Source: an uncultured Chloroflexia bacterium
Lineage (GTDB): Bacteria; Chloroflexota; Limnocylindria; QHBO01
Direction of reading: 5' to 3'
Length of the DNA stretch: 64,000 bases
Assembly (NCBI GenBank): GCA_963825525.1
Contig: CAWGTN010000002.1
Coordinates: 832,001 to 896,000, forward strand
This document shows positions 39,932 to 50,412 of this stretch, in pieces (position 1 is the first letter of the stretch; each line of letters opens with the position of its first letter). A program made the position numbers and the translations under genes. Below the pieces are notes generated by a model. It had not been told where the DNA came from. It was given only the letters and a program-made list of their open reading frames with translations, and made no database searches.

Positions 39932-40540
39932 TCAGCCCCGGCGCTTGACGAGTTCGGTGGTGGCGACCACCTCGCCATTGCGCGTTGCCGTCAACGTGTA
40001 CTCCCCCGAGGGCAGCGACCGCGCCTGGAAGGTCGAGTAGTAGTAGCCGTTCCCACCACCCTGGAGGGTGTATGCCCCGCCCGGGGCACTGCCGCCCGGG
40101 CCGCTCAGAACAACGTTGATCACGTCACCCGCCCGGGCATCGGTGAAGCGCACGAGCGCGGTGAAGGTCGCCAGGTCGCGCGGAATGCGCTCGATCCGAC
40201 CGTCGCAATCCGAGCCGGACAGGGAACGGCACGCGACGACCTCGGCGCTGAACGTGTCCGGCACTGGTACCGGCGTCGGTGTGACGGGAGCGGGCGTGGG
40301 CTCGGGGGTTGCGGTCGACGCCGGGGTGAGCGTCGGCAACGGAGACGCGGATGCGGGATCGGGAGAAGGCGTCACCACCGCGCCACCCGGCTCCCCGGCG
40401 ATCACGGTCGGGCTCGCCGTCTCGCGGTCGGAGGCCGAACGAGCCGCGTCCCCGCCGCGAGGCCACAGCACGACCACCGCGATGACGAGGAGAACGAGTG
40501 CGGCGGGGATCCTCAGCAGCTCGAAGGTGGACCGTGACAT
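39932..40540 (-). CDS. Membrane-anchored protein with a Pro/Thr linker and a C-terminal Ig-like domain
   Basis: N-terminal TM, PTP repeats and a beta-rich C-terminus (GEYTLTATRNG). Confidence 0.7.
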   Translation of the reverse strand: MSRSTFELLRIPAALVLLVIAVVVLWPRGGDAARSASDRETASPTVIAGEPGGAVVTPSPDPASASPLPTLTPASTATPEPTPAPVTPTPVPVPDTFSAEVVACRSLSGSDCDGRIERIPRDLATFTALVRFTDARAGDVINVVLSGPGGSAPGGAYTLQGGGNGYYYSTFQARSLPSGEYTLTATRNGEVVATTELVKRRG

Positions 40541-40577
40541 GGGGCACGCATCTGCAGGTTGTTGACCAGCCCGCGGC

Positions 40578-41744
40578 TCAGGAAACCTCGAAGCTGGTCG
40601 AGCTTGCGGGTTGGCCGTTTCGCGTGATCTCGACGTCGTACGTGCCCGGTCCGAGGCCGCTGAACGGGAAGTAGGTCCAGCCACCGGGGCAACGCGGGCT
40701 GCAGCCGATGCGCGCCAGGTCGATTGATCCCTCACCGACGGTGGAGCCATCCGGACCGATGATCTCGGCGCCGATCACGTCGTTCTGCGTCCCGTTCGTG
40801 AACCCGACCCAGACCCAGACGTTGCCGCTGTTGCTCACCGCATTGGAGTCGCAGCCGTCTGCACCGGCGCTGCCGGGAATGCAGGGCTGGGCCTCGGCGG
40901 TGAAGCCGTCGGGGAAGACGACCGGGTCGCCGCTGGCCGTCGGGTCGCCGCTGGCCCCGCTGGGGTCCGTGCTCGGCTCGCTGCTCGGCTGCTGGCTGGG
41001 GATCGCGCTCTCGGTCAGGGTCGGGCTGGGGGTGAGGGTCGGGTCGACGGAGCCGGTGTTCGGGTCGCCGTTGAAGACGCCGGCCAGGACCGCGCCGCCG
41101 AGCAGCGCCAGGACCCCGAGCCCCAGGAAGCCGAGGACGGCAAACGCGCCCGCCCCCGTGGACCGGCGGCCACCGTCGTCATCCCACTCGTCGTACTCGT
41201 AGGGGTACTCCGCGGGATCGTAGGCAGCCTCGTCGTAGTTGTCGATGTGCTCCGGCGGGTCGGTGGGCGCCGCGAGATCGACCGGCGCCGCGACCGGCGG
41301 CACCGTTCGAGTCCGATCCGCCCAATCGTCTCGGTCCCTGGTGAGATCCGGGCGCTCCGACGGTGTCGACGCCGCCGGTTGGATCGGCTCGGCGGGAGGC
41401 GCTGGCGTCGCGGGCGGCGATACCGGCACGCCGGTCTCACCCAGCTCGTCGCGTCGGCGCGATTCCTGGCGATGAGATCGGCGCGCGCGAGCATCTTCCG
41501 GCTCCGGCTCGAAGCGCTCGTAGGCCGGCGCCGCGTCATCGTCGGCGGCAGCGCCGCGGCGGTATGGATCGGCGCCCGAGCGTCGCGCCCGGATCCGATC
41601 CTGCAGCTCGTCGCGATCCATGCCACGTGGACGAATCCGGGCGTCCTGCGGGATCGCCGACCCGCACTGGGTGCAGAACGCCGCCGGAACCGTCGAGCGG
41701 TGGCAGGTCGGACACCGGATCTCGCCCGGTTTGGGGGTTGCCAT
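40578..41744 (-). CDS. Zinc-ribbon membrane protein with a C-terminal Ig-like domain
   Basis: CPTC...FCTQCG, low-complexity region, TM helix and GTYDVEITRNG C-terminus. Confidence 0.72.
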   Translation of the reverse strand: MATPKPGEIRCPTCHRSTVPAAFCTQCGSAIPQDARIRPRGMDRDELQDRIRARRSGADPYRRGAAADDDAAPAYERFEPEPEDARARRSHRQESRRRDELGETGVPVSPPATPAPPAEPIQPAASTPSERPDLTRDRDDWADRTRTVPPVAAPVDLAAPTDPPEHIDNYDEAAYDPAEYPYEYDEWDDDGGRRSTGAGAFAVLGFLGLGVLALLGGAVLAGVFNGDPNTGSVDPTLTPSPTLTESAIPSQQPSSEPSTDPSGASGDPTASGDPVVFPDGFTAEAQPCIPGSAGADGCDSNAVSNSGNVWVWVGFTNGTQNDVIGAEIIGPDGSTVGEGSIDLARIGCSPRCPGGWTYFPFSGLGPGTYDVEITRNGQPASSTSFEVS

Positions 41745-41805
41745 GTGCGGCATTGTGCCTTCCCCGGTCACGATTTGCACGCCGCCGACGGGCGGGATCG
41801 CGTCA

Positions 41806-42573
41806 TCAGAGAATTGCGAGCTCCGAGGCCAGCGCCGGTGTGATCGCATCCGCCCAGAAGCCGTAGCCGACCGGCGAGGGGTGGAATCCATCCTCGCTCG
41901 TCGCGTCCGGCCGCCCGATGAACCGGGGGCTGGCATCGGCCGCGATGTCCACGAATCTCACCCCGGGGACGCCTTCCGCGGCCGAGCGCTGCTCGGCTCG
42001 CAGCACGCCCGCGTAGCGGTCCACCAGCGTGCGCAACGGCTCGGGGATGATCCTGGTGCCGGCAAATCTCGGTGTTCCGGCGAGAACGACAGGCACGCCC
42101 AGCGCACGCGCCCGCAGGAGCAGTGCCCTCGTCTGATGGCGCACCCGAGTCCATGGGGTGCCATGGGTGGCGTCGTTCGAGCCAACCACCACCACCACGG
42201 CGTCGAACTCATCGCTCACCCGCGGCAGCTGCTCCGCGAGCACGCTGGCCGTCCGAGCGCCCGAAACGCCGAACCCGACGACGTCGACGGGCCGCTCCAG
42301 GCGATCGGCCGCCCGCTGCGCAATCAGGAACGGCAGCGACTCGCGCTCGGTGTGCGAGCCGACGCCGGCCACCGTCGAGTCGCCGAGAACCGCAAGCCGC
42401 AGCGGGCGCTTGTCGCGGCCCGCACCGTCCCGCGGGACCACGCGGGCATCGACGCGGTAGCCGGGGTCCGTCGGCAGGTACGTCCGCCGCGTCAGCAGGT
42501 AGACCTCGGTGGCAAGGAGCGCGACCGTGCCACCGACCGCGAGGCCCAGACCCAGCGCGAAGCCACGGGTCAT
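41806..42573 (-). CDS. SGNH/GDSL hydrolase
   Basis: LGDSTVAGVG, GVSGART, GSND and DGFHPS motifs. Confidence 0.9.
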   Translation of the reverse strand: MTRGFALGLGLAVGGTVALLATEVYLLTRRTYLPTDPGYRVDARVVPRDGAGRDKRPLRLAVLGDSTVAGVGSHTERESLPFLIAQRAADRLERPVDVVGFGVSGARTASVLAEQLPRVSDEFDAVVVVVGSNDATHGTPWTRVRHQTRALLLRARALGVPVVLAGTPRFAGTRIIPEPLRTLVDRYAGVLRAEQRSAAEGVPGVRFVDIAADASPRFIGRPDATSEDGFHPSPVGYGFWADAITPALASELAIL

Positions 42574-43223
42574 GCTCCGGGCCGCTTCCACTCGCTGCCA
42601 TCGGCGTAGCGTTCCCGCTTCCAGATCGGCAGGCGCTCCTTGATGGCCTCGATCACGAACCGGTTGGCCTCGTAGGCCTCTGCCCGATGCGCTGCCGCGA
42701 CGACGATGGCGACGGCCGCTTCACCGATCGGCACGACCCCGTGTCGGTGCTGAACCCCGACCCTGACCGGCCAGCGACGCTCCGCCTCATCTGCGATCTC
42801 GAGCAGGACATTCGACGCCATCTCGGGGTACACCTCGTACTCGAGTTCGGTGACCGGTCGGCCATCATCGGCGTGGTCCCGTGCGCGACCGACGAACGTC
42901 ACGAGCGCCCCGTGTTCACGGCCGGCAACGAGCGTCTCGAGGGCCTCGACGTCGATCGGCCCCGGACCGAGGGCCGTCGTCGCACCACCGCTGACGGGAG
43001 GCAGGAGGGCGAGGACGTCGTCATCGGCCAGTTGATCGTTCCATGTCGCGTATACGCCGTTGCGCGCCACCCGCACGTACTGCCGATGCGGGTCGAGGTC
43101 GGGATGGCGCAGCACCATTGCCTCCCAGGCATCGGTCACGGTCGCCGATGCCACGAGCTCAAGGGTCGTCTCGCTCCCCGCGATCTCACGCAGGGACGCG
43201 AAGCATCGAATGCTGACGCGCAC
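42570..43223 (-). CDS. Fused molybdopterin synthase MoaD-MoaE (MoaX-like)
   Basis: FASLREIAG...LLPPVSGG (MoaD) continues into F.GR.R...LEYEVY.EMA...HR.G...AHR.EA...K...PIWKRE (MoaE). Confidence 0.9.
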   Translation of the reverse strand: MRVSIRCFASLREIAGSETTLELVASATVTDAWEAMVLRHPDLDPHRQYVRVARNGVYATWNDQLADDDVLALLPPVSGGATTALGPGPIDVEALETLVAGREHGALVTFVGRARDHADDGRPVTELEYEVYPEMASNVLLEIADEAERRWPVRVGVQHRHGVVPIGEAAVAIVVAAAHRAEAYEANRFVIEAIKERLPIWKRERYADGSEWKRPGA

Positions 43224-43225
43224 GA

Positions 43226-44005
43226 TCAGACCGGGACGCCGGTGATATACGTGATGCTCCACCCCGCGATCGAGCCGGCCATGATGAGCGCCAACCCGAT
43301 GTAGAGCAGTCCGGTCGTGGCCTGGAGCGATGCGGCGCGCGAGGCGAGCATCGCGAGGAGCGTGACCAGCATCGGCAGGAGAATGCCGACACCGAGCCGC
43401 AGCCAGGCCAACCACGCGAGCCCACCCTCCAGCGAGTCGCTGCCGGCCACCACCAGGGCCAGCATGAAGACGCCGGCCTGCGCGACGAGCACCCCGCCGA
43501 GCAGCCACATCATGCGTCGCAGTGGCGCCGGCGAGAGCTTAGGGGTGACGAGGTACCAGTGCCCCAACAGCATCGCCGAGTTCACCGCGCCCAGCGCGAG
43601 CGCTCCCAGGAGCAGCTGACCCGAGAAGATGGCCTCACTCCGACTGCCGCCCGCGGCAGCCAGGACGGCCAGCGCGACCAGCCCGAGCAGACCGGTGCCG
43701 ATGGCGATCCAGCTCCGGGGCCGATCGGCCACGGAGGCCACGAGGTAGACGACGGCGCCGGCGGCAAACGCCAGGGCCAATGGCCGGCGCAGGTCGGCGG
43801 TCGCTGCGGCAGCCACGCCCGTCGGGAGCGCGAGGTCGCTGAGCACCAGGATGAGCGCGAACGGCAGGAGCAGCCAGGCCATGAACAGCCGATAGCCGCG
43901 GGTCGTTCCGCCGATCGCCTCGGTCGCCCCCACGACCAGCAGGGTCCCCGACGAGAGGCCGGCCCAGAAGATCCAGTTGACGAATGGAAGCGCCTCGATC
44001 CGCAT
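43226..44005 (-). CDS. Polytopic membrane protein
   Basis: About 8 hydrophobic segments; AMLLGHWYLVTP and ATTGLLY motifs. Confidence 0.72.
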   Translation of the reverse strand: MRIEALPFVNWIFWAGLSSGTLLVVGATEAIGGTTRGYRLFMAWLLLPFALILVLSDLALPTGVAAAATADLRRPLALAFAAGAVVYLVASVADRPRSWIAIGTGLLGLVALAVLAAAGGSRSEAIFSGQLLLGALALGAVNSAMLLGHWYLVTPKLSPAPLRRMMWLLGGVLVAQAGVFMLALVVAGSDSLEGGLAWLAWLRLGVGILLPMLVTLLAMLASRAASLQATTGLLYIGLALIMAGSIAGWSITYITGVPV

Positions 44006-44011
44006 GTGGCC

Positions 44012-44392
44012 TCAGGCCGCGCTCTCGGGCGCAAGACTGCCGGTCAGGCCGATCTCGACCCACCCCTCGCTCACGCGCACCGGAAACGTCTCGACCGGCT
44101 CCGTGGCGGGTGGGACGACCGCTCGACCGGACCGGATGTCGAAACAGCCGCCGTGCCACGCGCAGACGAGCACACCGTCCCGCGGGTCGAAGCCGGCTTC
44201 CGACAACGGGAAGTCGCGATGGCTGCAATTGTTCTGGACGGCAAAGAACTCGCCGTCATGGCGCACCAGCACCACCGGCGTGCCGTCGATCTCGACGGGC
44301 AGCAGCTCGCCGTCGCGCAGCTCCGCGGCTTGGATGACGCGTGCATAGCGGACGCGTGTCGCAAGCTCATTCATGGCTGAGGCCGGGTGCAT
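44012..44392 (-). CDS. Rieske [2Fe-2S] ferredoxin
   Basis: CSH...CAWHG..FD motifs; TAGAAT 7 nt upstream of ATG 44392. Confidence 0.88.
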   Translation of the reverse strand: MHPASAMNELATRVRYARVIQAAELRDGELLPVEIDGTPVVLVRHDGEFFAVQNNCSHRDFPLSEAGFDPRDGVLVCAWHGGCFDIRSGRAVVPPATEPVETFPVRVSEGWVEIGLTGSLAPESAA

Positions 44393-44488
44393 GCGGGGCA
44401 TTCTACGGTTGCCGTGCCGATGAGGCCCGAACCGGGCAGGGAAGCGCCATGCATTCGAACCGGCCGGGGCGTCCGTATCATCGGCGTC

Positions 44489-45394
44489 ATGGACCCCCTC
44501 TACCTGCTGCTCGAGGTCGCCACGGCCGGCTTCTTCGCGGTGGCCGCCTGGCTCGCGCTGCGGCGCGGGCGGCTGCCGTTCCTCGAGCTCATCAGTGCGG
44601 CCTCGTTCGGCCTCCTGCTCGAGGAGGGAGACCAGCTGATCTTCGAGACCTATCACTACTCGGATGCCTGGGTGCTGGCGATCGATCGGGCGCCGATCGT
44701 CATCGGCCTCACGTGGGCCCTGATCATCGCGGGTGCCATGCGAATCACGGACGCACTCGGCGTGCGGCGTCGCTACGCGCCGGTGGTGGACAGCGTGCTG
44801 GCCATCATGCTCGACCTGGCCTTCGACGCGGTGGCCATCCGGATGGGGCTGTGGACCTGGCGCGAAATCGGTGCGACCGACGGATGGTTCGGGGTCCCGG
44901 CCGGGAACTTCTATGCCTGGTTGTTCGTGACGCTGGCCTTCAGTCTCGTCTCGCGCTGGGTGCGAGATATGGCGGAGCGACGCCGAGCCGTCGAATGGCT
45001 TCAGCTGCTCGTGCCACTCCCCGCGTTCGCGATTCTGCTACTCAGCCTCGTCCCGTTCACGCTGATCCAGCCCCTGGTCGACCCCGCTCCCGGCGGCGGC
45101 CTCATCCTCTTCGGGCTCACCCTCGCCGTGTTCCTCGCGATCTCGGCATGGGCCGTGTTCGGGCCTGACAGGGTGCTGTCCGACGGCGCGCGGCTCGCGA
45201 TCCTCGACCTTCGGCTCGCATTCGCGACGCGCGTCGCGATCCACGCGTTCTTCCTGGCGGCGCTCATCGTGCTGGGAATCGCGACCAGCGAGCCGGTCCT
45301 GCTGGTCACGGCCCTCGCGATGCTCGCGCTGGAGCTGCCGTTGGGCATGATGGCATCCCGGCGTCGCCCACAGCACCCGGAGACCGGGCGATAG
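44489..45394 (+). CDS. Carotenoid biosynthesis protein (CruF/DUF422-like) membrane protein
   Basis: E...Y.Y...P..I...W, DLAFD.VA...W.W and GVPAGNFYAW motifs. Confidence 0.7.
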   Translation: MDPLYLLLEVATAGFFAVAAWLALRRGRLPFLELISAASFGLLLEEGDQLIFETYHYSDAWVLAIDRAPIVIGLTWALIIAGAMRITDALGVRRRYAPVVDSVLAIMLDLAFDAVAIRMGLWTWREIGATDGWFGVPAGNFYAWLFVTLAFSLVSRWVRDMAERRRAVEWLQLLVPLPAFAILLLSLVPFTLIQPLVDPAPGGGLILFGLTLAVFLAISAWAVFGPDRVLSDGARLAILDLRLAFATRVAIHAFFLAALIVLGIATSEPVLLVTALAMLALELPLGMMASRRRPQHPETGR

Positions 45395-45411
45395 GCGCTA
45401 CCCTCGACGGC

Positions 45412-46806
45412 ATGACGGCCGATCCTGCCTCCCTCCTGGACCTCGACGAGTGCGTCGAGCTGCTGCGCGCGCTCATCCGGATTCCATCGGTGAATCCTCC
45501 GGGCAACATCGAGGCCGCGGGGGGCCGCGACTCGACCGGCGGTGAGCGCGACGCGGCCCAGCTGTGCGCGGACACCCTTGCTGCGGCCGGCGTCGAAGGC
45601 GAGGTGATCGAGCTCGAACCTGGACGTGGCAGCTGCCTCGCGCGGCTGCCGGCCACCGTGCCCAACCCGGAGCCCCCGCTCATCCTTCTCAGCCACCTGG
45701 ACGTCGTGCCGGTCGACATCGAATCGTGGAGCCGTGACCCATTCGGCGGCGAGCTCGTCGATGGGTACGTCTGGGGACGCGGTGCGGTCGACATGAAGGA
45801 CATGGTCGCCATGGAGCTCTCGGTGATGCTGGCACTCGCGCGGGCGGGCTCCGAGCGCCGCCGCGACGTGATCTTCGCCGCGGTGGCGGACGAGGAGGCC
45901 GGCGGCGAGCACGGAGCGAGGGGCCTGGTCGAGCGCCGGCCCGAACTCTTCGGTGACGCGAGCGGCAGGCCGGCCGCGGCGGCCATCAACGAGGTCGGCG
46001 GCTATTCGATGACGCTGGGCGGACAGAGGTTCTACACCATTCAGGTGGCGGAGAAGGGCATCGCGTGGACGCGACTCCGGGTCAGCGGCCCTCCGGGCCA
46101 CGCGTCGATGCCCCATGCCGACAACGCGGCGGTCAAGCTCGCGCGGGCCGTGGCCGCGATCGCGGAGGACCAGGCGCTCCGGGCAGCGGTGGTCACGCCC
46201 CTTGTCGGCCAGATGCTGTCATCCATCGGCCTCGCTGACGTGGCCGCACTCGCCGAGTCGGATCCGGACGGCGCGCGCTCGGTGCTGGAGGCGCACGTCA
46301 CGGATCCGGCCACCCGGCGCTCGCTCGACGCAATGCTTCGGGACACGGTCACGCCGACCGTCCTGCGCTCGGGGAAGAAGGTCAACGTCATGCCCGGCGA
46401 CGGGGAGGCCGAGCTCGACATTCGCACGCTGCCCGGCACGGACCAGGCGGCATTGCTGGCCCACGTCCAGTCGGTCGTCGGCAGCGACGCCATCGTGGAG
46501 CCCGTCGTGATGCTGCCGGCCATCGAGTGGCCGGCAGACAGTGAGATCGTTGGGCTGATGCGGGAGGCCCTGGAGCGGGCCGATCCCGAGGGAATCCCGC
46601 TGCCGATGATGATCACGCCGGGAACCGACGCCAAGGCGCTCGCCCAGCTGGGCATTCCGTGCTATGGCTTCGCGCCGCTGCGGATCGACGAGGACTTTCC
46701 CTTCCTCGACCTGTTCCACGGCCACGACGAACGCGTTCCGGTCAGCGCGCTCGCGTTCGGGCTCCCGGTGCTGTTTGACGTGGTCAGCGCCTTCGTCGCG
46801 CCCTGA
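45412..46806 (+). CDS. M20/M25/M40 family metallopeptidase
   Basis: SHLDVVP, GRGAVDMK, ADEEAGG, GHAS, GTDAK and HGHDER motifs. Confidence 0.92.
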   Translation: MTADPASLLDLDECVELLRALIRIPSVNPPGNIEAAGGRDSTGGERDAAQLCADTLAAAGVEGEVIELEPGRGSCLARLPATVPNPEPPLILLSHLDVVPVDIESWSRDPFGGELVDGYVWGRGAVDMKDMVAMELSVMLALARAGSERRRDVIFAAVADEEAGGEHGARGLVERRPELFGDASGRPAAAAINEVGGYSMTLGGQRFYTIQVAEKGIAWTRLRVSGPPGHASMPHADNAAVKLARAVAAIAEDQALRAAVVTPLVGQMLSSIGLADVAALAESDPDGARSVLEAHVTDPATRRSLDAMLRDTVTPTVLRSGKKVNVMPGDGEAELDIRTLPGTDQAALLAHVQSVVGSDAIVEPVVMLPAIEWPADSEIVGLMREALERADPEGIPLPMMITPGTDAKALAQLGIPCYGFAPLRIDEDFPFLDLFHGHDERVPVSALAFGLPVLFDVVSAFVAP

Positions 46807-46869
46807 CCCGCGCGGCGCTGGTGGGAGCTTGCTCGGCTATACTCGCGCCTGCATTCTGGGTATGAATTC

Positions 46870-47859
46870 ATGACTCACCGAAACGAAGCGAGCGAACGCC
46901 AGCGCTCGCGCAGCATCGCCTTCGTCTTCCCGGGCCAGGGCTCGCAGTACGTCGGCATGGGCGCAGAGCTGATTGCCCGTTCGCCGGCGGCTGCTGACGC
47001 CTTCGAGCGCGCGGATGCCGCACTTGGCATGCCCCTTTCGCGCCTGATCCTCGAAGGACCGGCCGAGGAGCTGGATCAGACCGTGAACGCCCAGCCCGCC
47101 ATCCTGGCCACGAGCGTCGCTTTCCTGGAAGCGATCCGGGCGGAGGCGCGTGATGCCGGGGTCGAGATCCGCCCCGCCGCCATGGCCGGCCACTCGGCCG
47201 GGCAGTATGCGGCGGCGGTCGCGGCTGACGCTCTCGACTACGCGGACGCGCTGCGTCTCGTGCGCGAGCGTGGCCGGATCATGCAGGAGCGCGGGATCGC
47301 GGGCGGCATGGGCGCCGTCGTCGGCCTGTCGGACGACCAGGTGCACGAGATCGTGGCCGAGGCTCGCCAGCACGGCGAGATCAGCGTCGCGAATGCGAAT
47401 GCTCCCGGGCAGATCGTGCTCTCGGGAGTCATTCCGGCCCTCGTGTTCGCGCTCGAGATGAGCAAGACGGTCGGGGCCCGCAAGGCAGCGCGGCTCACCG
47501 TCAGCGTGGCGAGCCACTCCCCACTCATGCGACGCGCGCGCGACGAGTTCGGCAAGATCCTGAGCAAGGTCCCGTTCCGGGATCCGCAGGTGCCGATGCT
47601 CGGCAATGTCCACGCCACGGTCATCAACACCGCCGACGGCCTGCGCAGCGAGCTGAGCGAGCACCTCGTGCACGGCGTGCAATGGACCGGGACGATCCGC
47701 CACCTGGTCGCGGACGGGGTGACCGACTTCGTCGAAGTCGGACCCGGCAGGGTGCTCTCCGGACTCATTCGACGCATCAGTCCCGAGGCGGAGACCCACG
47801 TTGCCGACGGTCCGAGCGAGCGCTCGTTCCTGGCAACCCTGCGCGAGCTGCCCGCGTGA
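46870..47859 (+). CDS. fabD: Malonyl-CoA:ACP transacylase
   Basis: FPGQGSQ, AQPAI, GHSAG, ASHSPLM and EVGPG.VL motifs. Confidence 0.95.
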   Translation: MTHRNEASERQRSRSIAFVFPGQGSQYVGMGAELIARSPAAADAFERADAALGMPLSRLILEGPAEELDQTVNAQPAILATSVAFLEAIRAEARDAGVEIRPAAMAGHSAGQYAAAVAADALDYADALRLVRERGRIMQERGIAGGMGAVVGLSDDQVHEIVAEARQHGEISVANANAPGQIVLSGVIPALVFALEMSKTVGARKAARLTVSVASHSPLMRRARDEFGKILSKVPFRDPQVPMLGNVHATVINTADGLRSELSEHLVHGVQWTGTIRHLVADGVTDFVEVGPGRVLSGLIRRISPEAETHVADGPSERSFLATLRELPA

Positions 47860-49136
47860 CAGCCCGGCGCGCCGTCGTCACCGGGCTGGGAATCGTCTCC
47901 CCGGTCGGGATCGGAGCCGATGCCAGCTGGGACGCCCTGGTCGCCGGTCACTCCGGCATCGCCGACATCACCCTGTTCGACGCTTCGCCGTTCGAGGTCC
48001 GGGTGGCCGGCGAGGTCAAGAACTTCGACGCAACCCGGTACATGGATGCCAAGGACGTGCGGCGTCACGATCGGAACACGCACTTCGCGGTCGCGGCCAG
48101 CGGAGAGGCACTGCGAGATGCCGGACTGCTGGGTGACAACGGACTCGTCAACGCCGACGTGGATGCCGATCGCTTCGGAATGGTGTTCGGGACGGGCATC
48201 GGCGGCATCGGCATGATGCTCGAGGGCCACAGGACGCTCCTCGAGCGCGGACCACGCCGGGTATCGCCCTTCATGCTCCCGCACATGCTCCCCGACTCGG
48301 CGTCGGGTCAGGTGGCGATCCAGTATGGGATTCGTGGGCCGAACATGGCCGTGGTGAGCGCCTGCGCCACCGGAGGACATGCCGTGGGCGAGGCGATGGA
48401 GGCCATCGTGCGTGGGCAGGCCGACATCATGCTGGGCGCCGGGACCGAGGCCCCGCTCGTTCCATTGGCGTTCGCCGGATTTGGCCAGATGCGCGCCCTG
48501 GGCACCCCGAAGGATCCGGACACTGGCGAGTACAGCCCGGCGATGGCCTCACGGCCATTCGACGCGACGCGCGACGGGTTCGTGGTTGCCGAGGGCTCGG
48601 CCGTTCTCGTCCTCGAGGAGCTCCAGCATGCCCTGGCGCGCGGCGCTCGACCGATCGCCGAGGTCATCGGCTACGGGTCCTCCGCCGATGCGTTCGACAT
48701 GGCTGCCCCCGCCGACCGTGGAGAGGGGAATCAGCGCGCCATGCGCGCGGCGCTCGCTCGCGCGGGGATCGAGCCTGCGGACGTCGACTACATCAACGCC
48801 CATGGAACCAGCACGCCGCTCAACGACCGATACGAGACGATGGCAATCCGCGACGTGTTCGGTGAGCACGCCGACGCCCTGGCAGTGAGCAGCACGAAGT
48901 CGATGACCGGGCACGCCATGGGCGCCGCCGGTGCGATCGAGACCTTCGTGTGCGCAAAGGTGATCGCCACCGGCTGCATCCCGCCGACCATCAACTATCG
49001 GCACCCGGATCCCGAGCTGACCCTGGACTACGTTCCCAACGAGGCGCGCGCCGCCGATGTCCGGGTCGCGCTCTCGAACTCGATGGGGCTCGGCGGCCAC
49101 AACAGCACGGTGATCCTCCGCCGCTACGCGGAGTAG
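47856..49136 (+). CDS. fabF: 3-oxoacyl-ACP synthase II, copy 1
   Basis: VVTGLG, SACATG, INAHGTST and KSMTGH motifs. Confidence 0.93.
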   Translation: MTARRAVVTGLGIVSPVGIGADASWDALVAGHSGIADITLFDASPFEVRVAGEVKNFDATRYMDAKDVRRHDRNTHFAVAASGEALRDAGLLGDNGLVNADVDADRFGMVFGTGIGGIGMMLEGHRTLLERGPRRVSPFMLPHMLPDSASGQVAIQYGIRGPNMAVVSACATGGHAVGEAMEAIVRGQADIMLGAGTEAPLVPLAFAGFGQMRALGTPKDPDTGEYSPAMASRPFDATRDGFVVAEGSAVLVLEELQHALARGARPIAEVIGYGSSADAFDMAAPADRGEGNQRAMRAALARAGIEPADVDYINAHGTSTPLNDRYETMAIRDVFGEHADALAVSSTKSMTGHAMGAAGAIETFVCAKVIATGCIPPTINYRHPDPELTLDYVPNEARAADVRVALSNSMGLGGHNSTVILRRYAE

Positions 49137-49142
49137 GACCGC

Positions 49143-50412
49143 ATGACCCGTCCGCCACCTGCCCGCGACCCAGCTCGACGCGCGGTCGTCACCGGCCTGG
49201 GCGCCGTGACGCCCATCGGCAACGACGTGGCCGAGTTCTGGAAGAACCTCGTCGGGGGCATTTCCGGAGTGGCACCGATCAGCCTGTTCGATGCGTCCGA
49301 TCTCGAGGTTCGAATTGCCGCTGAGGTCAAGGGCTTCGAGCCTCGCGACTGGATGGACTTCAAACAGGCGCGCCGCATGAGCCGCTTCTCGCAGCTGGCG
49401 GTGGCCGCCGCGCGGCAGGCGATCGACGCATCGGGCCTCGAGATCGGTGACGCCAACCGGGACGACGTGGCGGTCGTCATCAACACCGGCGGCGGCGGCC
49501 TCCAGGAAGTCGCGCTGGGTGAGGTGACGCTCACCACCCGCGGCCCGGATCGTGTCAGCCCCTTCATGGTGCCGATGATGTCCCCGTCCATGGCGGCCTG
49601 CCAGGTCAGCATCCAGAACGGCATCCGCGGGCCGGTGATCACCTCGGTGGCCGCCTGTGCGTCGGGGATCCAGGCGTTCGTCGAGGCTCAGCGCCTCATC
49701 GAGCACGGGGACGTGGACGTCGTCATCGCCGGCGGCACCGAGAGCGCCATCCTGCCGGTCGCCTTTGCCGCGCTGGCGAACATGGGCGCGCTGTCGAAGC
49801 GGAATGACGACCCGACGGCCGCGTCGCGGCCGTTCGAGGCCAACCGCGACGGCTTCGTGTTCGGCGAGGCGGCAGCCGTGATGGTCGTGGAGGCCGCGGA
49901 GCACGCCGAGGCCCGCGGTGCATCCATCATCGGCGAGATCGCCGGGGGTGCGCTCAGCGGCGACGCATTTCACATCTCGGCACCGGACCCCGCGGGCTAC
50001 GGCGCCACGATCGCCATGCAGCGCGCCGTCCGCGACGCCCACCTGGAGCGCGAGCAGGTCGACTACGTGGTTGCCCACGGGACATCGACGCCCGCTCAAC
50101 GACGCCACCGAGACGAAGGCGATTCGATCGGCCTTTGGTGCCCATGCCGATCGGCTGGCCGTGAGCAGCAACAAGAGCATGGTCGGACACACCCTGGGGG
50201 CAGCCGGAGCGATCTCGGGCCTGGCGGCCGTGCTCGCAATCCGCGACGGCGTCATCCCGCCGACGATCAACTACGAGACGCCCGACCCCGCCTGCGACCT
50301 CGACTACGTCCCGAACCAGGCGCGCCACGCGACGGTCGAGGTGGCAATCGCGAACGGGTTCGGCTTCGGTGGCCAGAATGCGGTGAGCGTCTTCAGGCGC
50401 TACGCGGGCTGA
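49143..50412 (+). CDS. fabF: 3-oxoacyl-ACP synthase II, copy 2; apparent frameshift at ~50092
   Basis: AACASG and AHGTST, then LNDATE...KSMVGH...GFGFGGQN in the next frame. Confidence 0.9.
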
